DNA from: a virus
Taxonomy: Duplodnaviria > Heunggongvirae > Uroviricota > Caudoviricetes
Length of the DNA stretch: 64,000 nt
Virus record (IMG/VR): IMGVR_UViG_3300037510_000012
Coordinates: 21,267 to 85,266 of that record
Reading direction: 5' to 3' (one strand)
Position 1 is the stretch's first letter. Each line of letters begins with the position of its first letter. Shown in pieces: positions 10,331-20,063 of this stretch. The translations under genes and the position numbers were made by a program. The notes under the pieces were generated by a model. That model was not told the DNA's origin and searched no databases. It worked only from the letters and a program-made list of their open reading frames with translations.

Positions 10331-10453
10331 GGCTTGGCTTTATAGGCAATTTGTAGTCTTGAAAAGAGATGCTGATGCAATCGCAGAGGAATGCGGGGTA
10401 AATCGAAGAACGATTTATCGAAAACTAGAAGATTTTGGAATCGTAAAGAAAAG

Positions 10454-11095
10454 ATGATTGACAGATACAAGTATACAATCTTTAGCGTAGATGATTCTAG
10501 AGCGCACTATATTGAAAAGATGCGCCCTGTGCTTTCAAGTTTTATGGATGAAGTAGAAACATATTGTGTTGATGGCAGAATTCCAGAAGAGCTAAAGAAA
10601 GCACAAGAAAAGCATCCATATGAAGTGAAATATGATGCGAAGGTTGGACAGCTAGGAATCTGGTACACTGTGCTCAATGCGCTGGAGAATGCGCCAATCC
10701 TGACTCTAGAAGATGATGCGCTGCTGCATGAAAACTTCCCAGATAGGTTCGGATGGAATATCAGAGAGTGGCAGCACGATACCGACTTCTTCTCTTTGTT
10801 CCTTCCACGAGATAGTGACCATCTTTATGACGAAAATAGAGATAGGATAGGCCACTACACTTGTCGAACGTATCAGAGATACGGCGGGGTATCTATGTAT
10901 TACACAAAGCAGGGTGCTGAAAAGATTAAGGCTTTGCTTGAAAGAGATGGAATTACAGGACAGTACGATGATACATTGTACGCATACTCTAAGGCTGGTG
11001 AGCTTAACGGTTATTGCTCAATCCCATCACTACCTGACCTAGTTTATATCACAGGTCTAGAAGACAGTATCGTTCAGGAGACGGAATACGCATGA
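10454..11095 (+). CDS. glycosyltransferase (GT25-like, putative)
   Basis: Adjacent to a GT2 gene and a cytidylyltransferase gene; the in-frame ATG at 10391 is an alternative start. Confidence 0.45.
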   Translation: MIDRYKYTIFSVDDSRAHYIEKMRPVLSSFMDEVETYCVDGRIPEELKKAQEKHPYEVKYDAKVGQLGIWYTVLNALENAPILTLEDDALLHENFPDRFGWNIREWQHDTDFFSLFLPRDSDHLYDENRDRIGHYTCRTYQRYGGVSMYYTKQGAEKIKALLERDGITGQYDDTLYAYSKAGELNGYCSIPSLPDLVYITGLEDSIVQETEYA

Positions 11096-11748
11096 GAATT
11101 TTGGTTATTGTGCCTACTCGCGGTAGGCCAGACAATATCGTTCGACTCGACAGGGCGATGCTTGACACACAGGTTGATGTTGAGGTAATGTACTGTGTTG
11201 ACGAGGACGACCCAAGTCTTGCAGATTATGTGAGAACTGGAATCCCGCTGGTTATTGGAACACGAAAGAGGCTTGTTGGAACACTGAATGATGTTGCCAA
11301 AAGATTTGCTGACGATTATGATATCATCGGTTTCCTTGGTGACGATGTTGTTCCTCGTACAATGAGGTGGGACAATGCTATCCGTGACAACTTCAAGCCA
11401 AATATGGTAGCCTATGGAAATGATGGCCACCAGCGCGAGGGACTTCCAACCGGGGTGTTCCTTGACGCACGAATCGTAAGTGTGCTAGGGTACATGGTAG
11501 TTCCAACGCTGATTCACCTCTTCGCAGATAATTATTGGAAGACTCTTGGTGAAGCACTTGGTACGCTTACATACTTGCCAGATATTGACTTGGAGCACAT
11601 GCATCCGTATGCTGGTAAGGCAGACCACGACCAAACTTATGCCGAAGCAAATTCAGGTCCCGTATGGGAACATGATGAAAAGGCATTCAGGTGGTACGTG
11701 GAAAACGAACTAGCATTTGATGTGGAGATTCTAAGTCTAAATGAGTAA
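11092..11748 (+). CDS. glycosyltransferase family 2-like
   Basis: N-terminal ILVIVPTRGRP is a GT-A signature. Confidence 0.6.
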   Translation: MRILVIVPTRGRPDNIVRLDRAMLDTQVDVEVMYCVDEDDPSLADYVRTGIPLVIGTRKRLVGTLNDVAKRFADDYDIIGFLGDDVVPRTMRWDNAIRDNFKPNMVAYGNDGHQREGLPTGVFLDARIVSVLGYMVVPTLIHLFADNYWKTLGEALGTLTYLPDIDLEHMHPYAGKADHDQTYAEANSGPVWEHDEKAFRWYVENELAFDVEILSLNE

Positions 11749-12193
11749 TGTAGTTTATACTGGTGGAACATTTGATTTGTTCCATGAAGGTCACGTTGAA
11801 TTGCTCCGGTCCTGCAAGAGAATTGCGGGGCCGGATGGTCTTGTCGTGGTATCACTGAACACTGATGAGTTCATTAAGCGATTCAAGATTAATCCTCCGG
11901 TTCAGACGTACCGAGAGCGTGAGGTGGTGTTGACTTCCTGCCGATACGTTGATATGGTAGTGCCGAACGTTGGAGAAGAAAATTCAAAGTTGACTATCGA
12001 GAAGTTCATGATTGATAACAAGCGTGGCGTAGATATTGTTGCGATTGGCTCTGATTGGGCCGGACGTGACTACTATGGCCAAATGGGATTCACCAAGGCT
12101 TGGCTTGATAGTCTAGATATCACGCTTATCTATGTTGATAGGCGTACTGGAATGTCAACTACAAAGATTAAGGATAAGTTGAGAAATGGCTGA
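11741..12193 (+). CDS. cytidylyltransferase (TagD/glycerol-3-phosphate cytidylyltransferase-like)
   Basis: GTFDLFHEGH nucleotidyltransferase motif. Confidence 0.75.
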   Translation: MSNVVYTGGTFDLFHEGHVELLRSCKRIAGPDGLVVVSLNTDEFIKRFKINPPVQTYREREVVLTSCRYVDMVVPNVGEENSKLTIEKFMIDNKRGVDIVAIGSDWAGRDYYGQMGFTKAWLDSLDITLIYVDRRTGMSTTKIKDKLRNG

Positions 12194-12380
12194 TGGACAG
12201 CACTACTCCGCCTGGCCCGATGATGGTATGTATCGTGGAGTGAAGATTCCAGCACGTATCAAGGCTAATTGGAATAACGTTTCCGGCCGGTGGTGGAAGC
12301 AGGGTGTAGATGATACACTTGATGCTGTAGCAGAGACAGAGGTATCAGATATGCCTCAGTTTGGAAGGTTTTTCGGATGA
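12186..12380 (+). CDS. hypothetical protein
   Basis: ORF track. Confidence 0.45.
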   Translation: MADGQHYSAWPDDGMYRGVKIPARIKANWNNVSGRWWKQGVDDTLDAVAETEVSDMPQFGRFFG

Positions 12381-12865
12381 AAGAACTTGTATTTGTTGAT
12401 ACTGAAACTACGGGCCTTGATGCATCGTCTGATTACCTAGTTGAGCTTTCATACGCTCGACTTGATGGCGATATCAAGACGCTGTATTTTGGTGTCAAGG
12501 AGGTTCCTGATTTCATTGACAACCTCACGAAGTTTTACGAGCGGGGTGTCGATAAGATGCCAGAGGCGACAATGGATGAAATCAGAGAATTCCTGAATGT
12601 AATGGAAGGCAACACAATGGTTGCTGCTAATCCTGCATTCGATAAGGCGTTTCTTGAAGCAGAGGCTCTTTGGAGCGCTCACTACAGGATGCTTGACATT
12701 GAGTCATACGCTATGGCAAGGTTGGGTCTTGATGAGGTTCCTTCCATGTTCCAGATTGTAAAGGAACTTGAGAAGCGAGGCTATGTCTTGACACAGCCCG
12801 ACCACTCGTCATACAATGACGTAAAGGCCCTTCGAGAGGCATACAAGATTTTGAGGTATATGTAA
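12377..12865 (+). CDS. DnaQ-like 3'-5' exonuclease (DEDD)
   Basis: Exo I motif FVDTETTGLD. Confidence 0.75.
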   Translation: MKELVFVDTETTGLDASSDYLVELSYARLDGDIKTLYFGVKEVPDFIDNLTKFYERGVDKMPEATMDEIREFLNVMEGNTMVAANPAFDKAFLEAEALWSAHYRMLDIESYAMARLGLDEVPSMFQIVKELEKRGYVLTQPDHSSYNDVKALREAYKILRYM

Positions 12866-13429
12866 ATGCAAATTGTCGGTTTGAGCGGTTACGCAAGAGT
12901 CGGCAAGGATACGGCAGCCGAGGCTCTTTCGAGCCTCGGCTTTGTCCGTATTTCCTTCGCTGATAAGTTGCGAGACTTCCTGTATGAATTCAATCCAATT
13001 ATCGATGTTGAATACGAAATTGGCGGGGGTGCTGGAGTAAGGCTCCGTAGCATCATTGATTCATATGGATGGGATGGGTATAAGGAAACAATCTATTACA
13101 ATGAGATTAGAAGGAATCTTCAGGTTCTTGGAACAGAATGCGGTCGAAAGATTGTTAGCGACAACATTTGGGTAGATGCTTTGCTAGATGGTCTAAGTGA
13201 TGGCAAGTACGTCATTGCAGATGTTAGATTCCCAAATGAGGCTAATGGCATTCGTGACCGTGGTGGTAAGATTTACCGCATTGAACGTGATGGAATTGGC
13301 GCATTTAATGACCATCCATCAGAGGTGTCACTTGACCATTATGAATTCGACGGGTTTATCCATAACGATGGAACCCCAGCAGAATTTAAGCATAGTGTAA
13401 GGAGAAAGATTCTTGAGGGTAGGATTTGA
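12866..13429 (+). CDS. P-loop (deoxy)nucleoside monophosphate kinase-like
   Basis: GLSGYARVGKDT P-loop. Confidence 0.55.
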   Translation: MQIVGLSGYARVGKDTAAEALSSLGFVRISFADKLRDFLYEFNPIIDVEYEIGGGAGVRLRSIIDSYGWDGYKETIYYNEIRRNLQVLGTECGRKIVSDNIWVDALLDGLSDGKYVIADVRFPNEANGIRDRGGKIYRIERDGIGAFNDHPSEVSLDHYEFDGFIHNDGTPAEFKHSVRRKILEGRI

Positions 13430-13982
13430 TATCGATGGCGTAATGTACGATTTCGCTGAATCGCTTCGCCAATACATGAGGTACTTTGGTTATGACAAGA
13501 AGTATAAGATGTGTGAGGGTGAAGTCAGCGAATGGTACTTTTACCGTCATTGGGGCATGACAGACAGTGAGTTCGTAAACCACTGTCACAAGGGTGTGGA
13601 CGCAGGGTTCGTCTTTGCCCACGGAGGCACCCGTGACAATTCTTCTGACGCTGTGAGATTTGTGAAGGACCTAGGTCACTCGGTTCATATCATCACGGAC
13701 AGAAGTTTTGGTAGCACCCCTGAACGGTCCCACTTTGCCACTAGGCAGTGGCTCTATCTGAACGACATTCCGTATGATACGATTGACTTCTCTGCTGACA
13801 AGACGTGTCGAGAGACTGACATGTTCATTGAGGACAAGTTGGAGAACTATGATGCACTTGTAGCGGCGGGTGTAGACTGCTACCTTGTAAACAGGCCATG
13901 GAACATGGTTCCTGGAGATGACAGGAAGCGTATCAAGAGTATCCAAGAGTATGCTACAATTATTGGAAATCTTAGTGTTTGA
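13413..13982 (+). CDS. HAD-family 5'(3')-deoxyribonucleotidase/phosphatase
   Basis: FDIDGVMYDF matches the DxDG(V/T) HAD motif I; TTG start after TAAGGAGAAAG. Confidence 0.65.
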   Translation: MRVGFDIDGVMYDFAESLRQYMRYFGYDKKYKMCEGEVSEWYFYRHWGMTDSEFVNHCHKGVDAGFVFAHGGTRDNSSDAVRFVKDLGHSVHIITDRSFGSTPERSHFATRQWLYLNDIPYDTIDFSADKTCRETDMFIEDKLENYDALVAAGVDCYLVNRPWNMVPGDDRKRIKSIQEYATIIGNLSV

Positions 13983-14025
13983 CTTTTTGGTTGACTAAGA
14001 TTACAATTGTTTTAGAAAGGATAAA

Positions 14026-14202
14026 ATGCCAATTTATACATACTGGTGTCAGTGTTGCGATAACGACCAGGAGAAGATGGCGAAGATTGATGAAAGAGAC
14101 AATCAGCGCTGTGACACATGTGGCAACCGACTTGTTCGAGCCATTGATAAGCCTGGTGCAGTTTGGGCACCAACGAGCACTAGTGGAGGTTTGAGGGTAT
14201 AA
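14026..14202 (+). CDS. FmdB-like zinc-ribbon protein (58 aa)
   Basis: MPIYTYWCQCC...CDTCG; not in the ORF track because it is under 60 aa; stop overlaps the next start (TAATG). Confidence 0.5.
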   Translation: MPIYTYWCQCCDNDQEKMAKIDERDNQRCDTCGNRLVRAIDKPGAVWAPTSTSGGLRV

Positions 14203-14510
14203 TGGCACCAAGAACAAAGCAGGCGGCCAATCCAAATTCATGGTGGGAACATGCTTATGCAACTCACCCTGATATTGAGGCCACATACGAGTACGAGCAC
14301 AATGGAGATATCATGGTGCCCGGTACGAAGTTCAAGGTAAAATACAGTAGAGGTGAATTTAAGTTCCGTTGTCTAGCGACTAATAAGCGTACTGGTAAGG
14401 TATGGATTGACTGCATTGAGGTTGGTTCTGCTTTTCGGTCGTTCTACCCAGAAGCAATTAAGGGTGTCGTAAAGCCTAAGATTCGCAGGCGACGAACAAA
14501 GAAAGCATGA
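14202..14510 (+). CDS. hypothetical protein, basic C-terminus
   Basis: ORF track. Confidence 0.5.
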   Translation: MAPRTKQAANPNSWWEHAYATHPDIEATYEYEHNGDIMVPGTKFKVKYSRGEFKFRCLATNKRTGKVWIDCIEVGSAFRSFYPEAIKGVVKPKIRRRRTKKA

Positions 14511-14725
14511 GAAGATTTAATCTTGTAAGGAATGAAGACGAGTCCGGTGTCTCTGGCACCGGTACCGTCGCACAGGGAATCCAGTTTGATGATGGAACTT
14601 GTGCGATGCGATGGCTTACGGCTAAGGCTAGTGTAGCATTCTATGACTCCATTGGAGACCTAGAGGAAATTCACGGCCATGGTGGTAAGACAGTTATTGA
14701 ATGGATTGATACGGTAAATGTCTAA
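14507..14725 (+). CDS. hypothetical protein
   Basis: ORF track. Confidence 0.5.
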   Translation: MRRFNLVRNEDESGVSGTGTVAQGIQFDDGTCAMRWLTAKASVAFYDSIGDLEEIHGHGGKTVIEWIDTVNV

Positions 14726-15260
14726 CGAAGTTGAATTGCTCGACAGATATGAGCAAATCAATAAGGTTGCCCAACTATACATTAAGGGCACAACGAACCC
14801 AACTACTATTGCTAAGGAGTTGGGTATTAAGCGTGCCGAAGCAGTTGACCTCATTCAGGAGTGGCGAGAAATCGCACGGGGTAATGATGACATTAAGGAA
14901 CAGGCTGCCGAAGCATTGCAGGCTGGTATTCAGCATTACTCTTTGATTGTGGAACGCTTTTGGGAAACCGTCGAACAGGCAGATACCAACCAGGATTATA
15001 AGACAAAGAATGCCGTCCTAAAGAATATCGCTGATGTTGAAGCAAAGAAGATTGATATGCTTCAAAAGGCGGGTCTTTATGACGATGCTGCAATTGGTGA
15101 CGAGCTTGCTGAAATGGAAGAGAAGCAAGCTATCCTCATTAACATTCTGAAGGAAGTTACCAGTGATTGTGAACATTGTAAGTATGAAGTTGCACGTCGC
15201 CTAGCAAAGGTGACAGGCAAGACCGAACCAGTTACTATTCCTGGGGAGGTGACAAGCTAA
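14718..15260 (+). CDS. terminase small subunit (putative, HTH)
   Basis: Lies immediately upstream of the large terminase; helix-turn-helix-like N-terminus. Confidence 0.5.
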   Translation: MSNEVELLDRYEQINKVAQLYIKGTTNPTTIAKELGIKRAEAVDLIQEWREIARGNDDIKEQAAEALQAGIQHYSLIVERFWETVEQADTNQDYKTKNAVLKNIADVEAKKIDMLQKAGLYDDAAIGDELAEMEEKQAILINILKEVTSDCEHCKYEVARRLAKVTGKTEPVTIPGEVTS

Positions 15261-15278
15261 TTACCCTGCCACCGAAAG

Positions 15279-17114
15279 GTGGCGGGGCTATTGGCGTTTC
15301 TAATGTCATTTGATTTTAACGACCTACTAAATATCCTGGACGGTGAAGATTTTGAAGAGCGTCCAGTGACCATTGAAGAATTTGTGCAGTCTGAGGATTA
15401 CCTGGGGCTACCTCCCCTGTCCAAGTATCAGTACACCCTTATCAAAGCATCCACGCAGATTTACAAGCGTGAGACGTTGCATAACCTGTACGGGTTTGAG
15501 GAGGGTGAGAAGCGTTGGGCGCAGACCTGTAACGAAGTCATCTTCCAGCTTGGCAAGGGAAGTGGTAAGGACTACACTTCCACCATTGCCTGTGCTTACA
15601 TCGTGTACTTGCTGCTGTGTCTAAAGGACCCGGCCAAGTATTATGGCAAGCCACCAGGAGACACAATCGATATTCTGAACATCGCTATTAACGCACAGCA
15701 GGCTACGAACGTCTTCTTCAAGGGCTTCAAGAACCGCATCGAGCGTTCGCCATGGTTCACAGGAAAGTATGATATCAAGAATGGTCAGGTAACCTTTGAC
15801 AAGAATGTGAACGTTTATTCAGGTCACTCCGAGCGTGAGGCTTGGGAGGGATATAACGTTCTTTATGTTGTTCTTGACGAGATTTCCGGATTTGCTCTTG
15901 AATCTACTTCAGGAAATGAGCAGGCAAAGACTGCTGAGGCTGTCTATAAGATGTATAGAGCTTCAGTTTCATCACGATTCCCAGACTTTGGTAAGCTTGT
16001 GTTGCTTTCGTTCCCACGTTTCCGCGATGACTTTATTCAGCAGCGTTACAAGGCTGTAATTGCGGAGAAGGAAACAATTATTCGCAAGCACACATTTAAG
16101 CTGGACCCTGATTTGCCTGAGGGTACTGAAGGAAATGAGTTCTCAATTGAGTGGGAAGAGGACAACATTATCTCATACAAGACACCTAGAGTCTATGCAC
16201 TCAAGCGTCCTACATGGGAGGTTAATCCAACAAAGTCTATTGATGATTTCACTCGTGATTTCTTTGATGACCCGATTGATAGTTTGTCCAGATTCGCATG
16301 TATGCCGCCTGACGCTATCGACGCGTTCTTCAAGGACAGGCAGAAGATTGAGAAGGCTTTTTCTGCACAGGACACGCTAAATCCAGACAACACGTTCCGC
16401 CCCAACTTTATTCCGAACCCTGAGAAAAGGTACTATGTCCACGTAGACCTTGCTCGTGTTCACGACCATGCGGCAGTTGCTCTTGCTCACGTAGAAAAGT
16501 GGGAGCAGCGTAATATTGGTGGTAAGATGACGGAACCGGCACCGGTGGTCATTGTTGACCAGGTTCGTTTCTGGACACCATCCAAGACGAAGAACGTAGA
16601 TTTTACTGACATTCGAGAATATATCCTGAGTCTCAAGAGACGTGGGTTCAATATCCGTCTCGTTACATTTGACCGCTGGGAGTCTCACGACACCATGCAG
16701 TATCTTAACGAGCGCGGGTTGAAGTCAGAAAGGCTATCTGTGGCAAAGAAGCACTATGACGACTTTGCTATGGTTATTGCTGAAGAAAGAGTGGTTGGTC
16801 CAGTAAATGAACTTCTAATTGAAGAGCTTTTGCAGCTTCGTATTATGAAGAATGACAAGGTTGACCACCCTCGTAAGGGTTCTAAGGACCTTGCTGACGC
16901 GGTTTGTGGAGCAATCTTCAACGCTATCGCATATACTCCAAAGGAGGAGAATGAGGTAGTTGAGGTAAAGACTCTTGAATCTGTGAGACAGGAAGTTAGA
17001 AGAAACACTATCGATGAGTATGAGCAAATGAAGAGTGATGGTGTGATTCGTGCCCCGAAGCGGAAGATGCCGAAGGAGCTTGAGGAATATCTTGCCAGAA
17101 TCTCTACAATCTAG
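15279..17114 (+). CDS. terminase large subunit
   Basis: 611 aa; Walker A GKGSGKD; Walker B VVLDEISGF; C-terminal RNaseH-like nuclease. Confidence 0.85.
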   Translation: MAGLLAFLMSFDFNDLLNILDGEDFEERPVTIEEFVQSEDYLGLPPLSKYQYTLIKASTQIYKRETLHNLYGFEEGEKRWAQTCNEVIFQLGKGSGKDYTSTIACAYIVYLLLCLKDPAKYYGKPPGDTIDILNIAINAQQATNVFFKGFKNRIERSPWFTGKYDIKNGQVTFDKNVNVYSGHSEREAWEGYNVLYVVLDEISGFALESTSGNEQAKTAEAVYKMYRASVSSRFPDFGKLVLLSFPRFRDDFIQQRYKAVIAEKETIIRKHTFKLDPDLPEGTEGNEFSIEWEEDNIISYKTPRVYALKRPTWEVNPTKSIDDFTRDFFDDPIDSLSRFACMPPDAIDAFFKDRQKIEKAFSAQDTLNPDNTFRPNFIPNPEKRYYVHVDLARVHDHAAVALAHVEKWEQRNIGGKMTEPAPVVIVDQVRFWTPSKTKNVDFTDIREYILSLKRRGFNIRLVTFDRWESHDTMQYLNERGLKSERLSVAKKHYDDFAMVIAEERVVGPVNELLIEELLQLRIMKNDKVDHPRKGSKDLADAVCGAIFNAIAYTPKEENEVVEVKTLESVRQEVRRNTIDEYEQMKSDGVIRAPKRKMPKELEEYLARISTI

Positions 17115-17179
17115 GGGTTGACAGGGTACAGACGGGAGGGTTAGACTAGAAACTAATTAAAACAATTAGTAGCAAAGAG

Positions 17180-17419
17180 ATGAAGATTACTCTAGTTAAT
17201 ACTAATGAAGAATGTGCGTGCGTAGGGAAGCATATCCCAAAGCCTCACAAGCTCTATCAGGTTGACTATGACGGTGGGACAGTGTACGTTTGTCCTACTG
17301 CCTACTCCAACTTGGTAGCTCTTGAGGAAGAGTATGCAAAGTACGGCGGGCTTCCGCCCGGCTCTGTACGCAAGCACTATTCAGAGTTTACACATAACCT
17401 CTACCGCCTCTTGACATGA
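17180..17419 (+). CDS. hypothetical protein
   Basis: ORF track. Confidence 0.5.
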   Translation: MKITLVNTNEECACVGKHIPKPHKLYQVDYDGGTVYVCPTAYSNLVALEEEYAKYGGLPPGSVRKHYSEFTHNLYRLLT

Positions 17420-17469
17420 CGGCGGGTGAGGGCTTAAGCTTCTAACACATCGAACGAAGGGAAACGAAA

Positions 17470-17757
17470 GTGTCCACTGTTGAAGAGCGTTTTGAGCTTG
17501 CCAAGGGTGCTGTTGAGGCAGTCTCTCAGGTGACTAAGGACATGCACGCAATTGGTGTGTATGACGAGCCTGAGTACAAGGCTGCTGCGGTATTGCTTAT
17601 CACCCTGACTCGTGCTATGGTTGTTCTTGACCCTGAGGCGACGAGGCAGTACAGTAAGGAGTCTCTTGAGGCTGCTAAGACGGACATTCTTGCGAATCGT
17701 CCTGACCTTGCAAGTCTTTTTGAGAGTTCTAACAAGGTTGCTGGTCCTTACCTCTGA
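17470..17757 (+). CDS. hypothetical protein
   Basis: GTG start after AAGGGAAA. Confidence 0.5.
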   Translation: MSTVEERFELAKGAVEAVSQVTKDMHAIGVYDEPEYKAAAVLLITLTRAMVVLDPEATRQYSKESLEAAKTDILANRPDLASLFESSNKVAGPYL

Positions 17758-17845
17758 TTGCACAAATCGGCTGGTTATGGTAGACTGAAATTGCAGGTTG
17801 AGGCTAAGGCGTATAGACTTGCTATCGAGTGAGGCCGCTCGTAAC

Positions 17846-17926
17846 AACGGCCAATGTGGATATAGTGAAGTGGTATAACGGGTGTTTTGGGAACATCTGA
17901 CGTCGGTTCGATTCCGGCTATCCGCA
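17846..17926 (+). tRNA. tRNA, atypical (long D region; anticodon possibly TGG)
   Basis: T-arm GTCGG-TTCGATT-CCGGC; acceptor GTGGATA/TATCCGC; anticodon arm GGTGT-TTTGGGA-ACATC. Confidence 0.4.
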
Positions 17927-18111
17927 CGATGGGGAATGTGGAATCTCTCCAGGAGTATCAATCACCCCTATATTAATGGGGAGCGCATGAGAGGATACGA
18001 AAACGATACCTAGGGGACGCCCGGCGTAGTATTGTGTCGATTCCACAAGCTCATTCAATGTGCATTGAAGAACCTCGGTATAGGCACACCGGGCGAAAGA
18101 AGTGCCTGCTT

Positions 18112-18185
18112 CGGGATATGGCGCAGTTTGGTAGCGCGGCGCGTTTGGGGCGCGATGGACGGGGGTTCAAATCCCTCTATCCCGA
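18112..18185 (+). tRNA. tRNA-Pro(TGG)
   Basis: Acceptor CGGGATA/TATCCCG; D GCGC..GCGC; loop TTTGGGG; T-loop TTCAAAT. Confidence 0.65.
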
Positions 18186-18233
18186 CAACTGTTCAAGTCT
18201 GCAACATATATTTGAATGTGGTACAATTCTTAT

Positions 18234-18572
18234 ATGCAAACTGAAGCACAGAAGGCTGCCAAGGCAGCACATTATCAGGCAAATAAGGAAGCGTACAAAG
18301 CAAGATTTACAGCTCGTAAGCGATTGTTTTCTAGAATTGCGGTAGAGCTGAAAACGTTTAACCCGTGTATGGATTGTAAGAACTACTTCCATCCATGCGC
18401 AATGCAGTTTGACCATCGTCCAGGAACAAATAAGCTTTTCCATGTCTCTGATTATGGAAAATTTAGTTCAGTAGTAAAGTTTCTGGAAGAGATTGATAAG
18501 TGTGACCTAGTATGTGCAAACTGTCATGCAGTTAGAACATATACTCGGCGGGTTGAAGAAGACTCTCAATAA
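18234..18572 (+). CDS. HNH endonuclease
   Basis: CMDC...H..DH...CANCH; the first track ATG (18216) lies inside the TGGTACAAT -10, so a start at 18234 is preferred. Confidence 0.6.
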   Translation: MQTEAQKAAKAAHYQANKEAYKARFTARKRLFSRIAVELKTFNPCMDCKNYFHPCAMQFDHRPGTNKLFHVSDYGKFSSVVKFLEEIDKCDLVCANCHAVRTYTRRVEEDSQ

Positions 18573-18594
18573 ATTGCCATGCGAGGAAAGAGAT

Positions 18595-19116
18595 ATGAAT
18601 GACATAATGACACGCGAGGAGCTTATCCTTGCGATTGAGGCTAGAGACGGTTTAGACTGTTTCTTGTGTAAGAAGCCATTTTCTAAGGATGTAAATAGTG
18701 AATGGCATGAGGTAACCATTGACCACTGGTACCCACAGTCTGTAGCATATGCAGAGGGATGGACCTATGAGCAGGTCAATGACCTTTCAAACCTTAGAAA
18801 GGCTCACAGACCTTGTAATACTCAAAAGAGTGACATTGTTCCTAATCCAGATGGTACGCTTCCTGAGCGTCCAAAGAAGGATAGAACAATTCGGGTCCCT
18901 CGTCCAGTGTCATGTGATACTTGCATGAATGGTAGAATTCTTCTTCTTGGAGAGCTTTGCCCAGATTGTAATTCTGGACCACAACCGGCTGCATTTCCTA
19001 AGACGCTTCAGAAGCGACCAAAGGAATGTGACCACAGTAAGTTTCACTGTTGGATGTGTGTCATCGGACACATACCACGTAAGAGCGCTATCCAAGCGAT
19101 AATAATTGGAGATTAA
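18595..19116 (+). CDS. HNH endonuclease
   Basis: CFLC...H.V.IDH...N.....CN; RBS GAGGAAAGAG. Confidence 0.65.
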   Translation: MNDIMTREELILAIEARDGLDCFLCKKPFSKDVNSEWHEVTIDHWYPQSVAYAEGWTYEQVNDLSNLRKAHRPCNTQKSDIVPNPDGTLPERPKKDRTIRVPRPVSCDTCMNGRILLLGELCPDCNSGPQPAAFPKTLQKRPKECDHSKFHCWMCVIGHIPRKSAIQAIIIGD

Positions 19117-19475
19117 TGTCTGAGTGGGATTGGCCACTGGAGTCATTTAAGGATGAGCCTGACAAGATTGAGAAGCACTATGCTGAACGTTCGAAGTCAG
19201 GCTTTTCCACATTTGACTGGTGGAATTTTGATACATACATTGCTGGAGTTATCGGCCGGGCTGTGAGAGAATTTGCATACGGTCATGGTTACCACAGTGA
19301 CTTCACCAATATGGAAGATTTTGCGGCTTTTTGCAAGACAATCTACGAACCCCTTGAGTTTTACGCAAGCAAGGAGTACGGTAGACTTAAGTTCGATGAA
19401 CAGGCAGTCAAGTATGAAGAGGCTGTTGAGGCAATGAAGAAGTTTTCCGAGCGTCTTGGCGCTTGGTGGGACTGA
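19116..19475 (+). CDS. hypothetical protein
   Basis: ORF track. Confidence 0.55.
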   Translation: MSEWDWPLESFKDEPDKIEKHYAERSKSGFSTFDWWNFDTYIAGVIGRAVREFAYGHGYHSDFTNMEDFAAFCKTIYEPLEFYASKEYGRLKFDEQAVKYEEAVEAMKKFSERLGAWWD

Positions 19476-19476
19476 C

Positions 19477-19506
19477 TTGACAACCCCAGTCGTCAAGTGG
19501 TAAGGT
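19477..19506 (+). promoter_or_regulatory. promoter TTGACA-N18-TAAGGT at the head of the main tRNA array
   Basis: CTTGACAACCCCAGTC motif, shared with 26775. Confidence 0.5.
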
Positions 19507-19577
19507 AGTAACACGTCCACAGGAACCGACGAATTTGTTCCTCGCAGTTACATCTCTGCGATAGCAAAAGATGGCAA

Positions 19578-19649
19578 TGCTCATTGGTGTAATCGGCAGC
19601 ACACGGGTCTCTGGAACCTTTAGTCCGAGTTCGAATCTTGGGTGAGCAG
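19578..19649 (+). tRNA. tRNA-Gln(CTG)
   Basis: Acceptor TGCTCAT/GTGAGCA; D GTGT/ACAC; loop CTCTGGA; T-arm CCGAG-TTCGAAT-CTTGG. Confidence 0.55.
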
Positions 19650-19662
19650 CTTTGCAAAACAT

Positions 19663-19733
19663 ATCTCAGAGCGTAGGTTGTGTCGGTCGGTCTCCAAAAC
19701 CGACTCGTGAGAGTTCGAATCTCTCCTGGGGTG
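19663..19733 (+). tRNA. tRNA-Trp(CCA)
   Basis: Anticodon arm TCGGT-CTCCAAA-ACCGA; T-arm GAGAG-TTCGAAT-CTCTC; acceptor ATCTCAG/CTGGGGT with G-U pairs. Confidence 0.55.
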
Positions 19734-19734
19734 C

Positions 19735-19764
19735 TTGACTTCCAAGTCTTGGAGGTGCTAAGAT
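19735..19764 (+). promoter_or_regulatory. promoter TTGACT-N18-TAAGAT
   Basis: Sequence match. Confidence 0.45.
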
Positions 19765-19856
19765 GGTATATAGATTGAAGGCGCTGTTCTTCAAGTTCCG
19801 CCCGGTGGTTGACAAGCTACTGAGCAGATGGTACGTTAGAAGAACAAAGTAAGCAA

Positions 19857-19985
19857 CAAGCTTTCGGGTCGGCTGGATGAGGGTTATCTAACCTAAACAA
19901 TTATACAGTCAATGGTAATTCCTGGTGGATTCCAGGGAGTGTGGTGACTATAACACCTCTCCCTCGCCAATAACATATCCGAAAA
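19857..19985 (+). ncRNA. structured leader/sRNA unit U1 (5' AAGCTT-TCGGGTCGG ... AACATATCCG 3') immediately upstream of tRNA-Ile
   Basis: 5' GGATGAGGGTTATC pairs with 3' AATAACATATCC (5 bp + 5 bp); internal hairpins TCCTGG/CCAGGG and GGGAG/CTCCC. Confidence 0.35.
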
Positions 19986-19988
19986 CAA

Positions 19989-20063
19989 TGGGGTATAGCT
20001 CGGTCTGGTTAGAGCATTCCGCTGATAACGGAACGGTCGTCGGTTCAAATCCGACTGCCCCAA
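19989..20063 (+). tRNA. tRNA-Ile(GAT)
   Basis: D GCTC..GAGC; anticodon arm TTCCG-CTGATAA-CGGAA; T GTCGG-TTCAAAT-CCGAC. Confidence 0.7.
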
